DNA of 64,000 nucleotides from a bacterium (GTDB lineage Bacteria; UBA8248). The translations under genes and the position numbers were made by a program. This document shows positions 20,300 through 33,030 of the stretch, in pieces (positions within the stretch are counted from its first letter, which is position 1; each line of letters begins with the position of its first letter). The notes beneath the pieces were generated by a model that was not told where the DNA came from, ran no database searches, and saw only the letters and a program-made list of their open reading frames with translations. Location of the stretch: the NCBI GenBank assembly GCA_965199855.1, contig OZ241326.1, positions 2,594,036 to 2,658,035 on the forward strand. The letters are read 5' to 3'.

Positions 20300-20826
20300 G
20301 CGCTTTCATCCCCCCGCTTCGAGGGGAGAGCCGCGAGTTCCACGCTGCCGCCCGCGTCCTCGATTTTCCGGCGCGCCGATGCGCTGCACTTCTGAATCTT
20401 CAGGTGAAGCGCGCGATCCACTTCGCCCTCGCCCAGCAGTTTGACGCCGTCTTTCGCCACCTTGCGGACGAGGCCGGCGGCCTGAAGCGTCGCGGCGTCC
20501 ACGCTCGCGCCCGCCGCCAGCGCGCACAGGCGGCCCACGTTCAGCAACGAGAACTCCTTTTTGAAGCGGTTGTTGAACCCGCGCTTCGGCAGACGCCGCT
20601 GGAGCGGCATCTGCCCGCCCTCGAAGCCCACCTTCCGGCGATAGCCGGAGCGCGATTTCTGTCCCTTGTGGCCGCGCGTCGAGGTCTTGCCGCGGTCGGA
20701 GCCTGCTCCGCGCCCCACGCGGCGTCGGGACTTCACCGCCCCCTCGGGGGGAGACAAATCACCCAGGCCCGTCCAGGCCGCCTCTTGAGCCGCTTCGTTC
20801 TCGGACATATTCATCTTGGGGCTCAA
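20296..20826 (-). CDS. rplO: 50S ribosomal protein L15 (N-terminally extended)
   Basis: 176 aa; conserved GRGxGSxxGKTSTRGHKGQKSRSG. Confidence 0.9.
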   Translation of the reverse strand: MSPKMNMSENEAAQEAAWTGLGDLSPPEGAVKSRRRVGRGAGSDRGKTSTRGHKGQKSRSGYRRKVGFEGGQMPLQRRLPKRGFNNRFKKEFSLLNVGRLCALAAGASVDAATLQAAGLVRKVAKDGVKLLGEGEVDRALHLKIQKCSASARRKIEDAGGSVELAALPSKRGDESA

Positions 20827-21011
20827 GCCCCCTCCTCCATTTCCACCAAGTGCTTGATCTTGAACACCATGCCGCGAATGCAGGCGTTGTCCTTCTTCAC
20901 GACCGTCTGGTCGATGCGCCTCAGACCCAGACCCTGCAAGACGGCGCGCTGCTTCGCGTTCGAGCCGGAGACGCTCTTTCTCAGAGTGATTCTAATCTTG
21001 TCTTCCGCCAT
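20823..21011 (-). CDS. rpmD: 50S ribosomal protein L30
   Basis: 62 aa MAEDKIRITLRKSVSGSNAKQRAVLQGLGLRRI... Confidence 0.9.
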   Translation of the reverse strand: MAEDKIRITLRKSVSGSNAKQRAVLQGLGLRRIDQTVVKKDNACIRGMVFKIKHLVEMEEGA

Positions 21012-21020
21012 CTCTCGCCC

Positions 21021-21662
21021 CTATTCATCCGCGTCGGCGCTTTCGGCCCCGGCATCGTCCGCGTCGGCGTCCGTAGCATCGCCGATCCGGGCGTCGCCTT
21101 CCTGCGCGTCGCTCGATTCAACCTCGGCGGCTTCCACGCCGCCCTCTTCCGCGCCGATTCCCCGGAGGGCGAGCACGTCCTCCCTGCTGCGCAGCGAGCA
21201 CAGGCCCGCCAGCGTCGCCTTGGCCGCATTGTGCGGGTTGTTCGTGCCGATGCACTTCGTCAGGATGTCGCGCACGCCGGCTACGTCCAGCACCGCGCGC
21301 ACGGGGCCGCCGGCGATGACGCCCGTGCCCCGCGCCGCCGGCTTCAACAGAACGCGGCCCGCGCCGAAGCGGCCCATCGTCCGATGGGGGATGGTTGCCT
21401 TGTCGAGGGAGACCCGCACCATCGACTTGCGCGCCTTCTCCACGCCCTTGCGAATGGCCTCGGGCACTTCGTTCGCCTTGCCCATGCCGATGCCGACCTG
21501 TCCTTTTCTGTCGCCCACGGTCACCAGCGCGCTGAAGCTGAAGCGTCTGCCGCCCTTGACCACCTTGGCCACGCGGTTCACGAAGATGACGCGGTCGATG
21601 AACTCGCGCTCCTCGGGGTTCTCGGGCTCTCTGTTCCGGCCTCTTCTCGCTTCTCGCGCCAT
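21021..21662 (-). CDS. rpsE: 30S ribosomal protein S5 (with ~45-aa acidic C-terminal tail)
   Basis: 213 aa; S5 core through ...VLALRGI then [43 protein letters not shown]. Confidence 0.9.
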   Translation of the reverse strand: MAREARRGRNREPENPEEREFIDRVIFVNRVAKVVKGGRRFSFSALVTVGDRKGQVGIGMGKANEVPEAIRKGVEKARKSMVRVSLDKATIPHRTMGRFGAGRVLLKPAARGTGVIAGGPVRAVLDVAGVRDILTKCIGTNNPHNAAKATLAGLCSLRSREDVLALRGIGAEEGGVEAAEVESSDAQEGDARIGDATDADADDAGAESADADE

Positions 21663-22042
21663 CAGAAACTGACCCCCGTTTCTCTCACGCTCTCGGCCAG
21701 CGCCTTCACGCGGCCGTGGTAGAGATAGCCATTGCGATCGAACACCACCTTCTCCACGCCCTTCGCCTTCGCGCGGCCGGCCAGCAACCGGCCGACGACG
21801 GCAGCGCCCGCCGCGTTGCTCCCGCCTACGCCTTCGGCAGTCTTCGCCTCGGCGGCAAAATCCTTCTCGCGCGAGGAGGCCGACGCCAAGGTCTTACCCG
21901 AGGCGTCGTCGATCACCTGGGCGTAGATGTGCGCGGCACTCCGGAAGACGGACAGACGCGGCCGCTCGCCCGTTCCGCGGCTCTTCTTGCGAATCCGCGC
22001 CTTGCGCCTGAGCCTTGCCTCCACCTTGCTTAACCGGCCCAT
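21662..22042 (-). CDS. rplR: 50S ribosomal protein L18
   Basis: 126 aa. Confidence 0.9.
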   Translation of the reverse strand: MGRLSKVEARLRRKARIRKKSRGTGERPRLSVFRSAAHIYAQVIDDASGKTLASASSREKDFAAEAKTAEGVGGSNAAGAAVVGRLLAGRAKAKGVEKVVFDRNGYLYHGRVKALAESVRETGVSF

Positions 22043-22060
22043 TTCTCCGACCCCCCCGCA

Positions 22061-22606
22061 CTACACGCCGGCCTTGCCGACCTTGCGGCGAACCGTCTCG
22101 CCCGCGTAGCGAATGCCCTTGCCCTTGTAGGGCTCCGGGGGCTTCACCTTGCGGATTTCGGCGGCCACCCAGCCCACCACCTGCTTGTCCACGCCCTTCA
22201 CCTTTATCGCCGTCCGGTTGCGGTCGCTCTGCACCTCGAAGGTGATGCCTTCGATCGGATCGATGTTCACCGGGTGCGAATAGCCCACGTTCAGCACGAT
22301 GCCCTCGCCCTTCTCCTCTACGCGATAGCCGAGGCCGATGACCTCCAGCTCCTTTTCATAGCCCTTGGCCACGCCCTCGACCATGTTGGCGATGAGGGTG
22401 CGCGTGAGGCCGTGCAGCGATTTGTCCTGGCGGGACTCGCTAACCCGCGAGACGACGATGCTCTCCCCGTCTATCTCCACCTTCGGGCGGTGATGCAGCT
22501 CGCGCGAAAGCGCGCCCAGCGGTCCCTTGACGAAGATGCGCCGCCCGTCGAGCTTCACCTCCACGCCCGAGGGAATGGGAACCGGCATGTTTCCGATGCG
22601 CGACAT
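22061..22606 (-). CDS. rplF: 50S ribosomal protein L6
   Basis: 181 aa MSRIGNMPVPIPSGVEVKLDG... Confidence 0.95.
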   Translation of the reverse strand: MSRIGNMPVPIPSGVEVKLDGRRIFVKGPLGALSRELHHRPKVEIDGESIVVSRVSESRQDKSLHGLTRTLIANMVEGVAKGYEKELEVIGLGYRVEEKGEGIVLNVGYSHPVNIDPIEGITFEVQSDRNRTAIKVKGVDKQVVGWVAAEIRKVKPPEPYKGKGIRYAGETVRRKVGKAGV

Positions 22607-22616
22607 TCAGGCGCCC

Positions 22617-23018
22617 TCACCAAATTTCACAGAGAACCTCACCGCCCACCCCCAGTTTCCTCGCCTCTTCGTCGGTCAGCACGCCCCGTGAGGTCGTGAG
22701 AATGGCGATTCCCATGCCGTTGAGCACCTTGGGAACCGACTCCTTGTCCACGTAAACCCGCAGGCCGGGCTTGCTGACCCTTTTCAGGCCGCTCAGCACC
22801 GGCTTGCCGTCCTGGAGGGGCTTGAGCTCGACCTTAATCTCCTTCTGGCCCGTCGGCCCCGGCTCGATCCCGTATCCCTTGATGTAGCCTTGTGTCTTCA
22901 GGATTCCGACGACCTGGGCCTTGAGCCGACTGCCCGGAATCACGACGCTCGGATGCCCCGCGCGCACCGCGTTGCGAATGCGCGTCAGAAGATCGGCGAT
23001 GGGGTCCGTCATGCTCAT
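22617..23018 (-). CDS. rpsH: 30S ribosomal protein S8
   Basis: 133 aa MSMTDPIADLLTRIRNA... Confidence 0.95.
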   Translation of the reverse strand: MSMTDPIADLLTRIRNAVRAGHPSVVIPGSRLKAQVVGILKTQGYIKGYGIEPGPTGQKEIKVELKPLQDGKPVLSGLKRVSKPGLRVYVDKESVPKVLNGMGIAILTTSRGVLTDEEARKLGVGGEVLCEIW

Positions 23019-23034
23019 GTTCTCGGGCCTCCGG

Positions 23035-23220
23035 CTACCAGCTCGATTTCGTGACTCCCGGAATCTCGCCCTTGAGCGACAATTCGCGGAAGCAGATGCG
23101 GCAAATTTTGAAACGCCTCAGATAGCCCCTCGAACGTCCGCAACGCTGGCAGCGGTTGTAGGCCCGGACGCCGAATTTGGGCGCTTTCTTCTGTTTCGCT
23201 ATCAAGCACTTTTTCGCCAC
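23035..23220 (-). CDS. rpsN: 30S ribosomal protein S14 type Z (zinc-binding)
   Basis: 61 aa with CxxC...CxxC ([20 protein letters not shown]). Confidence 0.95.
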   Translation of the reverse strand: MAKKCLIAKQKKAPKFGVRAYNRCQRCGRSRGYLRRFKICRICFRELSLKGEIPGVTKSSW

Positions 23221-23231
23221 TGCCTATCCTC

Positions 23232-23783
23232 TCAACTCGTCCGGAAGGGAATCCCCAATTCGCGGAGCAACGCCCTCCCTTCCTCGTCCGTGTTCGCCGA
23301 CGTGTTCATCACGATGCCGATGCCACGCGACTTCTCCACCTTGTCAATGTCGATTTCGGGAAAGATGATCTGCTCGCGGACTCCCAGGCTGTAGTTCCCC
23401 CGCCCGTCGAACGACTTGGGACTCAGCCCCCGGAAGTCGCGCACGCGGGGAAGGGCCACGTTCACCAGGCGATCCACGAAATCCCACATCCGCGCGCCGC
23501 GAAGCGTCACCATCGCGCCGATGGGCATTCCCTCGCGCAGCTTGAAGTTCGCGATGGACTTCCTCGCCCGGGTGACGACCGGCTTCTGGCCCGCAATGCC
23601 CGTCAGCTCCGCGACCCCGTTCTCCAGGGCCGCCGCATTTTGAACAGCCTCCCCGAGGCCCATGTTCAGCGTGACCTTGAGAAGCCGCGGAATCTGCATG
23701 ACGTTCGCGTAGTCGAACTCCCGGCGCAGCTTCTGCGCGATCTCATTCCGATACAGCTGAAGCATCCTGGGGACATAAGCCAT
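23232..23783 (-). CDS. rplE: 50S ribosomal protein L5
   Basis: 183 aa. Confidence 0.95.
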   Translation of the reverse strand: MAYVPRMLQLYRNEIAQKLRREFDYANVMQIPRLLKVTLNMGLGEAVQNAAALENGVAELTGIAGQKPVVTRARKSIANFKLREGMPIGAMVTLRGARMWDFVDRLVNVALPRVRDFRGLSPKSFDGRGNYSLGVREQIIFPEIDIDKVEKSRGIGIVMNTSANTDEEGRALLRELGIPFRTS

Positions 23784-23805
23784 GCTGGTAAAAATCCTTC
23801 TCCGC

Positions 23806-24144
23806 CTACACCGTGTCGAGCAGTTCGCCGCTTCGGTGCGTCACGCGCACGCGCGCGCCGTCCTCGAGCCGCTTTCTGCGAACGCGGGAGGGCTGGTTCG
23901 TCTTCGGGTCCACGGGCATGACGTTCGAGAGGTGAATCTTCCCCTCACGCTCCAGGATGCCCCCCTGCTGGTTCGCCTGGGTCGGCTTCGTGTGCCGCTT
24001 CATCATGTTCAGCTTCTCGACGAGCACGCGATTTTCGTTCTTGAGCACCTGAAGCACCTTTCCGGTCTTGCCCTTCTCGCGGCCCGCGATTACCTGAACG
24101 ATGTCGCCCTTCTTCACGTGCGCTTTCTTGGCGTTTGGCCCCAT
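23806..24144 (-). CDS. rplX: 50S ribosomal protein L24
   Basis: Listed ORF trimmed to [30 protein letters not shown]... (112 aa, KOW). Confidence 0.9.
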   Translation of the reverse strand: MGPNAKKAHVKKGDIVQVIAGREKGKTGKVLQVLKNENRVLVEKLNMMKRHTKPTQANQQGGILEREGKIHLSNVMPVDPKTNQPSRVRRKRLEDGARVRVTHRSGELLDTV

Positions 24145-24152
24145 CGCGCTCC

Positions 24153-24521
24153 TCACAAGACCTCGGGGGCGAGGGAGACGATGCGCATGAACCGCTTGCG
24201 CCTCAGCTCGCGGGCGACGGGCCCGAAAATGCGCGTCCCCATCGGCTCGCGCGCCTCGTTGATGATGACGACGGCGTTGTCGTCGAAGCGAATGTAGGTG
24301 CCGTCCTCGCGCCCGGTCTCCTTGACGGTGCGCACGACCACGGCGCGCCGGACTTCGCCCTTCTTCACGGGGCTGTTCGGCATGGCCTCCTTGATCGCCA
24401 CGACGATAATGTCGCCGATTCGCGCGTATCTGCGGCGCGAGCCGCCCAGCACCTTGATGCACTGGGCGCGCTTGGCCCCCGAGTTGTCCGCCACGCTGCA
24501 CATCGTTTCGGCCTGAATCAT
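24153..24521 (-). CDS. rplN: 50S ribosomal protein L14
   Basis: 122 aa [17 protein letters not shown]... Confidence 0.95.
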   Translation of the reverse strand: MIQAETMCSVADNSGAKRAQCIKVLGGSRRRYARIGDIIVVAIKEAMPNSPVKKGEVRRAVVVRTVKETGREDGTYIRFDDNAVVIINEAREPMGTRIFGPVARELRRKRFMRIVSLAPEVL

Positions 24522-24533
24522 CGCTCCCGTTCC

Positions 24534-24794
24534 CTATTTCGTGCGCTCGATCACGTCGAGAAGACGCCAGCGCTTCCGGCGGCTCAGCGGTCTGGATTCG
24601 ATGATCCGCACCCTGTCCCCCGCGTTGAGGGAGTTCTCCTCGTCGTGCACCAGATATTTCTTGTGCCTGCGCACCACGCGCTTGAAGGTCGAATGCTTGA
24701 AGATGCGCACCACCTCAACGGCCGCCGTCTTGTCCATGGCGCTGCTCACGACCCTGCCTTCCCGAACCTTTCGCCTGCCCCGCGCCTCACTCAT
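24534..24794 (-). CDS. rpsQ: 30S ribosomal protein S17
   Basis: 86 aa. Confidence 0.9.
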   Translation of the reverse strand: MSEARGRRKVREGRVVSSAMDKTAAVEVVRIFKHSTFKRVVRRHKKYLVHDEENSLNAGDRVRIIESRPLSRRKRWRLLDVIERTK

Positions 24795-25013
24795 TTACGA
24801 CCCCTCTGCCCCCTCGCCCGCGCTCTCGCCCTTGCGCGCGCGCCTCGAAGTGAGCACCCGCGCCAGATCGCGCCTCAAAAGGCCGATGCGCGCCGTGTTG
24901 TCCAGCTGGCCCGTCGCCTTGCGGAAGCGCAGGTTGAACAGCTCCTGGCGCAATTCCTTCTCCTTCGCCCCGAGTTCCCCGTCGCTCAAATCGTGAACCT
25001 CGCTGTACTTCAC
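24795..25013 (-). CDS. rpmC: 50S ribosomal protein L29
   Basis: 72 aa, [18 protein letters not shown]. Confidence 0.85.
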   Translation of the reverse strand: MKYSEVHDLSDGELGAKEKELRQELFNLRFRKATGQLDNTARIGLLRRDLARVLTSRRARKGESAGEGAEGS

Positions 25014-25435
25014 GCCGTCATGCCCCTAGCCGAAGAGGTCAGAATCCTCGTCTTGCATGGCAGCTTCTGGGCGGCGAGCCGAAGCGCCTCGCGAGCGATG
25101 TCCTCGGCTACGCCATCCATCTCGTAGAGCACCTTGCCCGCGCGCACGGGCGCCACCCAGGATTCGGGCGCGCCCTTGCCTTTGCCCATGCGAACCTCGG
25201 CCGGCTTCTTGCAGATGGGCTTGTCGGGGAAGAGGCGAATCCATATCCGCCCGCCGCGCTTGACGTGGCGCGTCATGGCGATGCGCGCCGCCTCGATCTG
25301 GCGCGCCGTGATGTGCGACGTCTCCAGGGTCTGAAGCCCGTAGGAGCCGAACGCGAGCGTCGAGCCGCGCTGGGCTTTCCCGTCCAGCCGCCCCTTCTGC
25401 ATCTTCCTGAACTTCGTTCGCTTCGGCTGCAGCAT
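25010..25435 (-). CDS. rplP: 50S ribosomal protein L16
   Basis: 141 aa [16 protein letters not shown]... Confidence 0.95.
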   Translation of the reverse strand: MLQPKRTKFRKMQKGRLDGKAQRGSTLAFGSYGLQTLETSHITARQIEAARIAMTRHVKRGGRIWIRLFPDKPICKKPAEVRMGKGKGAPESWVAPVRAGKVLYEMDGVAEDIAREALRLAAQKLPCKTRILTSSARGMTA

Positions 25436-25455
25436 CTTCCGCTCCTAGACGCCCG

Positions 25456-26121
25456 CTACGATCCCGCAGGCTGGGAAGCCGGCGTCCTTCTCGCGTGACG
25501 AATCATCTCGCCCCTGAATATCCACACCTTCACCCCGATGATTCCATAAGTCGTGCGGCCCTCGGCGAAGCCGTAGTCAATGTCCGCGCGCAGGGTCTGG
25601 AGCGGCACGCGCCCCTCGCGGTACCACTCGGTTCGCGCAATCTCGGCGCCGCCCAGCCTGCCGGAGCATTGAATCTTCACGCCCTTGGCGCCGAAGCGAA
25701 GGGCGGAGGTGACCGCCTTCTTCATCGCGCGGCGAAAGGCGATGCGGCGCTCGAGCTGCATGGCGATGTTCTCCGCCACGAGCTGGGCGTCCATCTCCGC
25801 CTTGCGCACCTCCTTGATGTTCACGTTCACCTGGTTGCCGGTGAGCTCCTGCAGATCCGCCTTCAGCCTATCCACCTCCGCGCCGCGCTTTCCGATAATG
25901 ATGCCCGGCCGCGCCGTCCAGATGTTGATGCGCGCGCGCTGGCTGGCGCGCTCGATCTCCACGCTGCTCACCCCCGCGTGGGCGAGGCGCTCCTTCACGT
26001 ATTTGCGGATGCGCAGGTCGGCGAGCAGCAGATCGCCGAAATTGCGCTTGGCGAACCAAGCCGAATTCCAGCCCCTGGTGATGCCGACACGAAATCCGAC
26101 GGGGTGAACCTTCTGACCCAT
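25456..26121 (-). CDS. rpsC: 30S ribosomal protein S3
   Basis: 221 aa [20 protein letters not shown]... Confidence 0.95.
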   Translation of the reverse strand: MGQKVHPVGFRVGITRGWNSAWFAKRNFGDLLLADLRIRKYVKERLAHAGVSSVEIERASQRARINIWTARPGIIIGKRGAEVDRLKADLQELTGNQVNVNIKEVRKAEMDAQLVAENIAMQLERRIAFRRAMKKAVTSALRFGAKGVKIQCSGRLGGAEIARTEWYREGRVPLQTLRADIDYGFAEGRTTYGIIGVKVWIFRGEMIRHARRTPASQPAGS

Positions 26122-26123
26122 GC

Positions 26124-26468
26124 CTATCCTCCCTCGCCCGCTTCGCCGATGTCCACGCGAATGTGGCAGCTCCTGTGCTTGACGCGGCCGATGCGCCCGC
26201 GCGCGCGCGCGCGAAACCGCTTGAGCGTCGGTCCCGTGTCGACTTGCACGCTCTTCACGATCAGGCCCTCGGGGTCGTCGCTCTCCCCCTTGTCGGTCGC
26301 GTTCGCCAGCGCGGAGAGAAGAACCTTCTCCACCACCTTCGCCGAGGATCGCGTGGAGAGGCGCAAAAGCGTGAGGGCGTCCGATACGCGCCTGCCTCGA
26401 ATCATGTCGGCCAGCTGGCGCGTCTTGCGCGGCTTGGCCCGGTAGTACTTCAAGGTCGCCTTCGACAT
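26124..26468 (-). CDS. rplV: 50S ribosomal protein L22
   Basis: 114 aa. Confidence 0.9.
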   Translation of the reverse strand: MSKATLKYYRAKPRKTRQLADMIRGRRVSDALTLLRLSTRSSAKVVEKVLLSALANATDKGESDDPEGLIVKSVQVDTGPTLKRFRARARGRIGRVKHRSCHIRVDIGEAGEGG

Positions 26469-26503
26469 GTCTCCGGTTTCCCGTCCCGCCTTTCTCAGAA
26501 AGC

Positions 26504-26788
26504 CTATTTCAGCGTCACCTGCCGCTTCGTCATGCCCGAATGCGAGCGAAACGTGCGCGTGGGGGAGAAGTCCCCGAGTTTGAAGCCCACCATGTTCTCC
26601 GTCACATAGACGGGGATGAATTTCTTGCCGTTGTGCACGGCGAACGTATGCCCCACGAAGTCGGGGATGACGGTGGAGCGCCTCGACCAGGTCCGGATCA
26701 TCCGCTTCTCGCCGCTTTGATCCATCGTCTCCACCTTTTTGCGGAGATGATCGTCGATGAACGGCCCTTTATGAAGAGAACGAGGCAT
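26504..26788 (-). CDS. rpsS: 30S ribosomal protein S19
   Basis: Listed 240-aa ORF trimmed to [20 protein letters not shown]... (94 aa). Confidence 0.9.
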   Translation of the reverse strand: MPRSLHKGPFIDDHLRKKVETMDQSGEKRMIRTWSRRSTVIPDFVGHTFAVHNGKKFIPVYVTENMVGFKLGDFSPTRTFRSHSGMTKRQVTLK

Positions 26789-26814
26789 CGCTGTCGAACC
26801 TCCCTGAAATCCGG

Positions 26815-27645
26815 CTACCTGGACTTTCTGCGCCGCACGATGAACTTGGAGGAGGGCTTGCCCTTCTTCCGCGTCTTGTAGCCCTTCGTCGGCTTGCCCC
26901 ACGGGGTGACCGGGTGCCTGCCGCCCGAACTCTTTCCCTCGCCGCCGCCCAAGGGATGATCCACCGGGTTCATCGCCACGCCGCGCACGTTGGGGCGGCG
27001 GCCCAGCCAGCGCTTCCGCCCCGCCTTGCCGAGGCTCACGTTGGCGTGATCGGAGTTGCCCACCTCGCCTATCGTGGCGTAGCAGGAGAGGTGAATCATG
27101 CGCACCTCTCCGGAGGAGAGCCGAAACTGCGCGTAGTCGCCCTCCTTCGCCATGAGCTGGGCGCTCGCCCCCGCGCTGCGGGCGATCTGCCCGCCTCGCC
27201 CAGGCTTCATCTCGATGTTGTGGCACGTCGTGCCGAGCGGAATCCGCGCCACGGGCAGCGCGTTGCCCGTGCGAATCTCGGCTTCCGGCCCCGAGGCGAC
27301 GGTGTCGCCCACTTCCAGCCCCCCGGGCGCGAGGATGTAGCGCTTCTCTCCGTCCAGATAAACGATGAGCGCCAAGCGCGCGGATCGGTTCGGGTCATAT
27401 TCAATCGTGCGCACCTTGCCGGGCACGCCCGTCTTCTCGCGCCGGAAGTCCACCGCCCGATAGCGGCGCTTGTGGCCTCCGCCCCTCTGGTAGGTGGTAA
27501 TGCGTCCCCGGTTGTTGCGCCCGCCGGACTTCGACATTCCCTTGGTGAGGGTCTTCTCGGGCCGCTCCGCCGTGATCTCCTCGCGCGTGAGAACATCCTG
27601 AAATCTCCGTCCGGGAGAAGTCGGCTTGTATTTTCTGACCGGCAT
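26815..27645 (-). CDS. rplB: 50S ribosomal protein L2
   Basis: 276 aa. Confidence 0.95.
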   Translation of the reverse strand: MPVRKYKPTSPGRRFQDVLTREEITAERPEKTLTKGMSKSGGRNNRGRITTYQRGGGHKRRYRAVDFRREKTGVPGKVRTIEYDPNRSARLALIVYLDGEKRYILAPGGLEVGDTVASGPEAEIRTGNALPVARIPLGTTCHNIEMKPGRGGQIARSAGASAQLMAKEGDYAQFRLSSGEVRMIHLSCYATIGEVGNSDHANVSLGKAGRKRWLGRRPNVRGVAMNPVDHPLGGGEGKSSGGRHPVTPWGKPTKGYKTRKKGKPSSKFIVRRRKSR

Positions 27646-27660
27646 GACGTTCGCCCCAAC

Positions 27661-27948
27661 TCAAGCGGATTCAAAAAATTCGATGGCGTCGCCCTCGCGC
27701 AGCGTCACGATCGCCTTCTTCCACGGCGGCTTGCGGCCCTGGCGCCGCCCCATGCGGACGCTCTTGCCGGGCACCCGCATCGTGTTCACGTTGAGCACCG
27801 CGACGCTGAAGAGCTCCTCCACCGCGTTTTTGATCTCTATCTTGTTGGCATCCATGGCGACCTCGAAGACGACCTTGTTGGCCTCCTCCGAGCCGGCGAC
27901 GCTCTTCTCCGTCACGCAGGGCCGGCGAATGATGAACGTGCTCTCCAC
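27661..27948 (-). CDS. rplW: 50S ribosomal protein L23
   Basis: 95 aa. Confidence 0.9.
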   Translation of the reverse strand: MESTFIIRRPCVTEKSVAGSEEANKVVFEVAMDANKIEIKNAVEELFSVAVLNVNTMRVPGKSVRMGRRQGRKPPWKKAIVTLREGDAIEFFESA

Positions 27949-27951
27949 GCC

Positions 27952-28590
27952 CTAGCCCGCCAGTCTCTGCTCGATGTCGCCGAGCGCGCCCTTGGTGCAG
28001 ACCAGGTGCTCGTGGCCCATGATGTCGTAGACGTTGAGTCCCTCGGGCCGCATCGGTTTCGTCCCCTGGATGTTTCTCGCCGCCAATTCAAAATTCCTGT
28101 CCTCCGCGCCGTCCACGAGCAGCGATTTGCGCCCCAGCCCCAGACGCTCGATGACGCCCGCCATGAGGCGCGTCTTCGCCTCGGGGAGAGCGAGGTCGCG
28201 CACGACGAGGAGCTTCCCTTCCTTCCACTTCAGGTTGAGCGCGCTCAGGAGCGCGCTTCTTCTCACTTTCTTGTTCACCTTGTGGCCGTAGGCGCGCGGC
28301 TTGGGGCCGAAGGTCGTTCCCCCGTGCCGCCAGATGGGAGATTTCACGTCGCCCGCGCGCGCGCGCCCCCCGCCCTTTTGCCGAAAGGGCTTGCCCCCCG
28401 TGCCGCGCACCTCACTGCGCGTCCGCGCGGAATGCGTGCCCGCGCGCCGCGCGGCGAGCTGCGCCTTCACCACCTGGTGAATCAGGTGCATCCTCACCTG
28501 CCCGTTGAAGACGGCTTCGGGCAGCTCCATCTGTTCTACCACCTCGCCCTCGAGGTCGTAGACGTCAACGCAGGGCATGTCGCTCCTCAA
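27952..28590 (-). CDS. rplD: 50S ribosomal protein L4 (start may be the internal Met at 28578)
   Basis: 212 aa. Confidence 0.9.
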   Translation of the reverse strand: MRSDMPCVDVYDLEGEVVEQMELPEAVFNGQVRMHLIHQVVKAQLAARRAGTHSARTRSEVRGTGGKPFRQKGGGRARAGDVKSPIWRHGGTTFGPKPRAYGHKVNKKVRRSALLSALNLKWKEGKLLVVRDLALPEAKTRLMAGVIERLGLGRKSLLVDGAEDRNFELAARNIQGTKPMRPEGLNVYDIMGHEHLVCTKGALGDIEQRLAG

Positions 28591-29300
28591 CTCCCGCGCG
28601 CGGCCCGCTTGGAAGCTTTCAAGGGATTCAGGCTTCTGGTCTGCTCCTTCGGCTTCTCCAGACCGCCCCTGTTGCCCTTGACGCTCTTGCGCAGAACCAG
28701 AAACCCGTTGCTCGCTCCGGGCACCGCCCCCCGCAGCAGGAGCAGGTTCTCCTCGGGAACGATGTCCACCACCAGAAGCCCCTGCGTGGTCACCTTCGCG
28801 CCGCCCATTTGCCCCGGCATCTTCTTTCCCTTGATGATTTTCGAGGGATAGGCCGAGGCGCCCATCGCTCCAGGCAGGCGGTCGAACATGCCGCCGTGAG
28901 AGGCCGGCCCGCCGCCGAAGCCGTGCCTCTTCATCACGCCGGCGAAGCCGCGGCCCTTGCTCACGCCTGTAACGTCGAGGCGATCCCCCCGATCGAATAT
29001 CGTGACGTCAATCAGGCTCCCCGCCTCGAGCTCCGCGTCCTCCTCCGTCAACGGCACCTCCCGGAGGTAGCGAAACGGCTGCGCGCCCGCTTTTTTGAAA
29101 TGCCCCAAGGCCGCCTTCGAGAGACCTTTCTCCTTTCGGGACATATAGCCGAGCTGAACGGCCGCGTAGCCGTCCTTCTCTTCGGTCTTTTTCTGCACGA
29201 CGGTGCAGGGACCGGCCTCGACCACCGTCACCGAAACCGCCCCGCCGTCCGGCGAGAACACCTGAGTCATCCCGATCTTGCGCCCCAGCAGAAATTCCAT
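28587..29300 (-). CDS. rplC: 50S ribosomal protein L3 (C-terminally extended)
   Basis: 237 aa; MEFLLGRKIGMTQVFSPDG... Confidence 0.9.
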   Translation of the reverse strand: MEFLLGRKIGMTQVFSPDGGAVSVTVVEAGPCTVVQKKTEEKDGYAAVQLGYMSRKEKGLSKAALGHFKKAGAQPFRYLREVPLTEEDAELEAGSLIDVTIFDRGDRLDVTGVSKGRGFAGVMKRHGFGGGPASHGGMFDRLPGAMGASAYPSKIIKGKKMPGQMGGAKVTTQGLLVVDIVPEENLLLLRGAVPGASNGFLVLRKSVKGNRGGLEKPKEQTRSLNPLKASKRAARGS

Positions 29301-29314
29301 CCGTCTCGCCCCGC

Positions 29315-29623
29315 CTAGCTCAGCTTGATCTCGACGTCCACGCCGGCGGCGAGTTCGAGCTTCATGAGCGCGTCCACCGTCTGCTGCGTCGGGTCCATGA
29401 TGTCCACGAGCCGCTTATGCGTCCGAATCTCGAACTGCTCTCTCGATTTCTTGTCGATGTGCGGGCCGCGCAACACCGTATATTTGTTGATGGAGGTGGG
29501 CAGCGGCACCGGTCCCACGAGCGATGCTCCCGTCCGCTTCACCGTATCGACGATCTCGCCCACCGATTGATCCAGCAGGCGGTGATCATACGCCTTCAGT
29601 CGAATCCGAATTTTTTGGCTCAT
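29315..29623 (-). CDS. rpsJ: 30S ribosomal protein S10
   Basis: 102 aa [20 protein letters not shown]... Confidence 0.95.
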   Translation of the reverse strand: MSQKIRIRLKAYDHRLLDQSVGEIVDTVKRTGASLVGPVPLPTSINKYTVLRGPHIDKKSREQFEIRTHKRLVDIMDPTQQTVDALMKLELAAGVDVEIKLS

Positions 29624-29641
29624 GCCCGCCCGCTATTCCCG

Positions 29642-30852
<1,211 letters not shown>

Positions 30853-30900
30853 GACCGGCGAAGAGAGGACGCTACGCGCGCCCTCTTCCGGAAAGAAGGT

Positions 30901-33009
30901 CTAGGCCGTCTGCACCACCGCGCCGGCGTTGCGCGCCACGAGCTCCTCGGCCAGCGGCCGCGGCATTTCCTCATAGCGGCCGAACTGCATCGTGTAGGTC
31001 GCCCTGCCCTGTGTCATCGAGCGCAGGTCGGTCGCGTAGCCGAACATCTCCGAAAGGGGCGCGGAGGCGTTCACCACCTTCGCCCCCGCCCTGTCCTCCA
31101 TCTCCCGAATCCGGCCCCGCCTGGAGGTGAGGTCGCCCATCACGTCGCCCAGAAAATCCGCCGGACAGACCACCTCCATGTCCATGACGGGTTCGAGAAG
31201 AACGGGCTTCGCCCGCTTCGCGGCTTCCTTGAAGGCCATGGAGCCCGCGATTTTGAACGCCATCTCGGAGCTGTCCACCGCGTGGAAGGAGCCGTCGCAA
31301 AGCGTCGCCTCGATGTCAAGCAACGGATAGCCGGCGATCACCCCGTTTCCCATCGCCTCCCGGACGCCGCTTTCGACCGCCGGGATGTATTCCTTCGGAA
31401 CGGCGCCGCCCACGATCTCGTTGACGAACCGGAAGCCGCCGCCCGGAGGAAGCGGGCGTATCGAGACCTCCACGTCGCCGAACTGCCCCCGCCCGCCAGA
31501 TTGGCGCACGAAGCGCCCGCGCGCGGAGGCTTCGGCGCGAATCGTCTCCCGATACGCCACTTGGGGCTTGCCGACGCTGGCCTCGAGCGCGAACTCCCGG
31601 AAAAGCCTGTCCACAAGAATTTCCAGGTGGAGCTCTCCCATGCCGGAGAGAATGGTCTGCGCGGTTTCCTCGTCCGAGCGCACCCGGAAGGTCGGGTCCT
31701 CGCCCGAAAGCCGCGCCAGCGCGCTGCCGAGTTTGTCCTGATCGGCCTTCGTCTTCGGCTCTATGGCGATGGAAATGACGGGTTCGGGAAATTTGATGTC
31801 TTCAAGGAGGACGGGACGGGCGGGATCGCAGAGGGTGTGTCCCGTTTTGGCCTGCTTGATGCCGAGTGCGGCGACGATGTCGCCCGCATGGGCCTCCCCT
31901 ATCTCCTCGCGCTTGTTCGCGTGCATTCGCATGAGGCGCCCGACGCGCTCGCGCTTGCCGGTCGCGGTGTTCAGGACGGACGCGCCGGTCCTGAGCACGC
32001 CGGAATAGACGCGCATGAAAACGAGCTGGCCCACATAGGGGTCGGTCATCACCTTGAAGGCCAAAGCGCAGAGGGGATCATCGTCCGAGGGCGCCCGCTC
32101 TTCGGCCTTTCTGCCCAGCTCCAGATCCGCATCCGAGCAGACCCCCTGCACCGGCGGGATGTCGAGGGGTGAGGGAAGATAATCGACGATGGCGTCGAGC
32201 AGCAGCTGAACGCCCTTGTTCCTGAACGCCGAACCGCACACGACGGGCACGAATTCGCCCGAGAGCGTCCCCTTGCGAACGGCGGCGCGAATCTCCCCGG
32301 GGGGAATTTCTTCGCCTTCCAGGTATTTGGCCATCAGGGAATCATCAAGCATCGAGAGGGCTTCCAGGAGTTTTTCCCTCGCCTCCTCCGCTTCCGCCTG
32401 CAGTTCATCAGGCGCTTCCGCCTCTTCGTAGGAGGTCCCCATCGGATCGGCGAACATCCGCGCCTTCATGGTCGCGAGGTCCACCATGCCCGAGAAGTTC
32501 TCTTCCGCGCCGATCGGGATTTGCAACACGAGCGGGTTCGCGGCGAGGCGATCGCGCACCTCCTCCACGACGCGGCGAAAATCCGCCCCCGTCCTGTCCA
32601 TCTTGTTGACGAACACGAGGCGGGGGACGCCGTATTTCTCCGCCTGTCGCCAGACCGTCTCGCTTTGCGGCTCCACGCCGCCCACGGCGCAGAACACCGC
32701 CACCGCCCCGTCGAGAACGCGCAGGCTGCGCTCGACCTCGGCCGTGAAGTCCACATGGCCGGGCGTGTCGATGATGTTGATGACGTGATCGTCCCAAGCG
32801 CACCGCGTCGCCGCGGAGGTGATGGTGATGCCGCGCTCCTGCTCCTGCGCCATCCAGTCCATGGTGGCCGCGCCGTCGTGAACCTCGCCCATCTTGTGGG
32901 TTCTGCCCGTATAGAAGAGGATGCGCTCGGTCGTCGTCGTCTTGCCGGCGTCGATGTGCGCCATGATGCCGATGTTCCTCGTCTTCTCGAGCCCCGCTTC
33001 GCCGGACAT
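30901..33009 (-). CDS. fusA: Elongation factor G
   Basis: 702 aa. Confidence 0.97.
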   Translation of the reverse strand: MSGEAGLEKTRNIGIMAHIDAGKTTTTERILFYTGRTHKMGEVHDGAATMDWMAQEQERGITITSAATRCAWDDHVINIIDTPGHVDFTAEVERSLRVLDGAVAVFCAVGGVEPQSETVWRQAEKYGVPRLVFVNKMDRTGADFRRVVEEVRDRLAANPLVLQIPIGAEENFSGMVDLATMKARMFADPMGTSYEEAEAPDELQAEAEEAREKLLEALSMLDDSLMAKYLEGEEIPPGEIRAAVRKGTLSGEFVPVVCGSAFRNKGVQLLLDAIVDYLPSPLDIPPVQGVCSDADLELGRKAEERAPSDDDPLCALAFKVMTDPYVGQLVFMRVYSGVLRTGASVLNTATGKRERVGRLMRMHANKREEIGEAHAGDIVAALGIKQAKTGHTLCDPARPVLLEDIKFPEPVISIAIEPKTKADQDKLGSALARLSGEDPTFRVRSDEETAQTILSGMGELHLEILVDRLFREFALEASVGKPQVAYRETIRAEASARGRFVRQSGGRGQFGDVEVSIRPLPPGGGFRFVNEIVGGAVPKEYIPAVESGVREAMGNGVIAGYPLLDIEATLCDGSFHAVDSSEMAFKIAGSMAFKEAAKRAKPVLLEPVMDMEVVCPADFLGDVMGDLTSRRGRIREMEDRAGAKVVNASAPLSEMFGYATDLRSMTQGRATYTMQFGRYEEMPRPLAEELVARNAGAVVQTA

Positions 33010-33030
33010 GGCGCTATCCTCTCCCCGAGC

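Noticed and set aside
19047-20309. 420-aa minus-strand ORF overlapping secY in another frame
   Set aside because: Out-of-frame shadow of secY; Arg/Gly/His-rich low-complexity product. The secY frame gives the conserved 10-TM protein.
26914-28851. 645-aa plus-strand ORF and other long ORFs antisense to the S10/spc ribosomal genes (e.g. 24135..25127, 25495..26445)
   Set aside because: Same high-GC antisense artefact; no domain-like sequence and the opposite strand is fully occupied by ribosomal protein genes.
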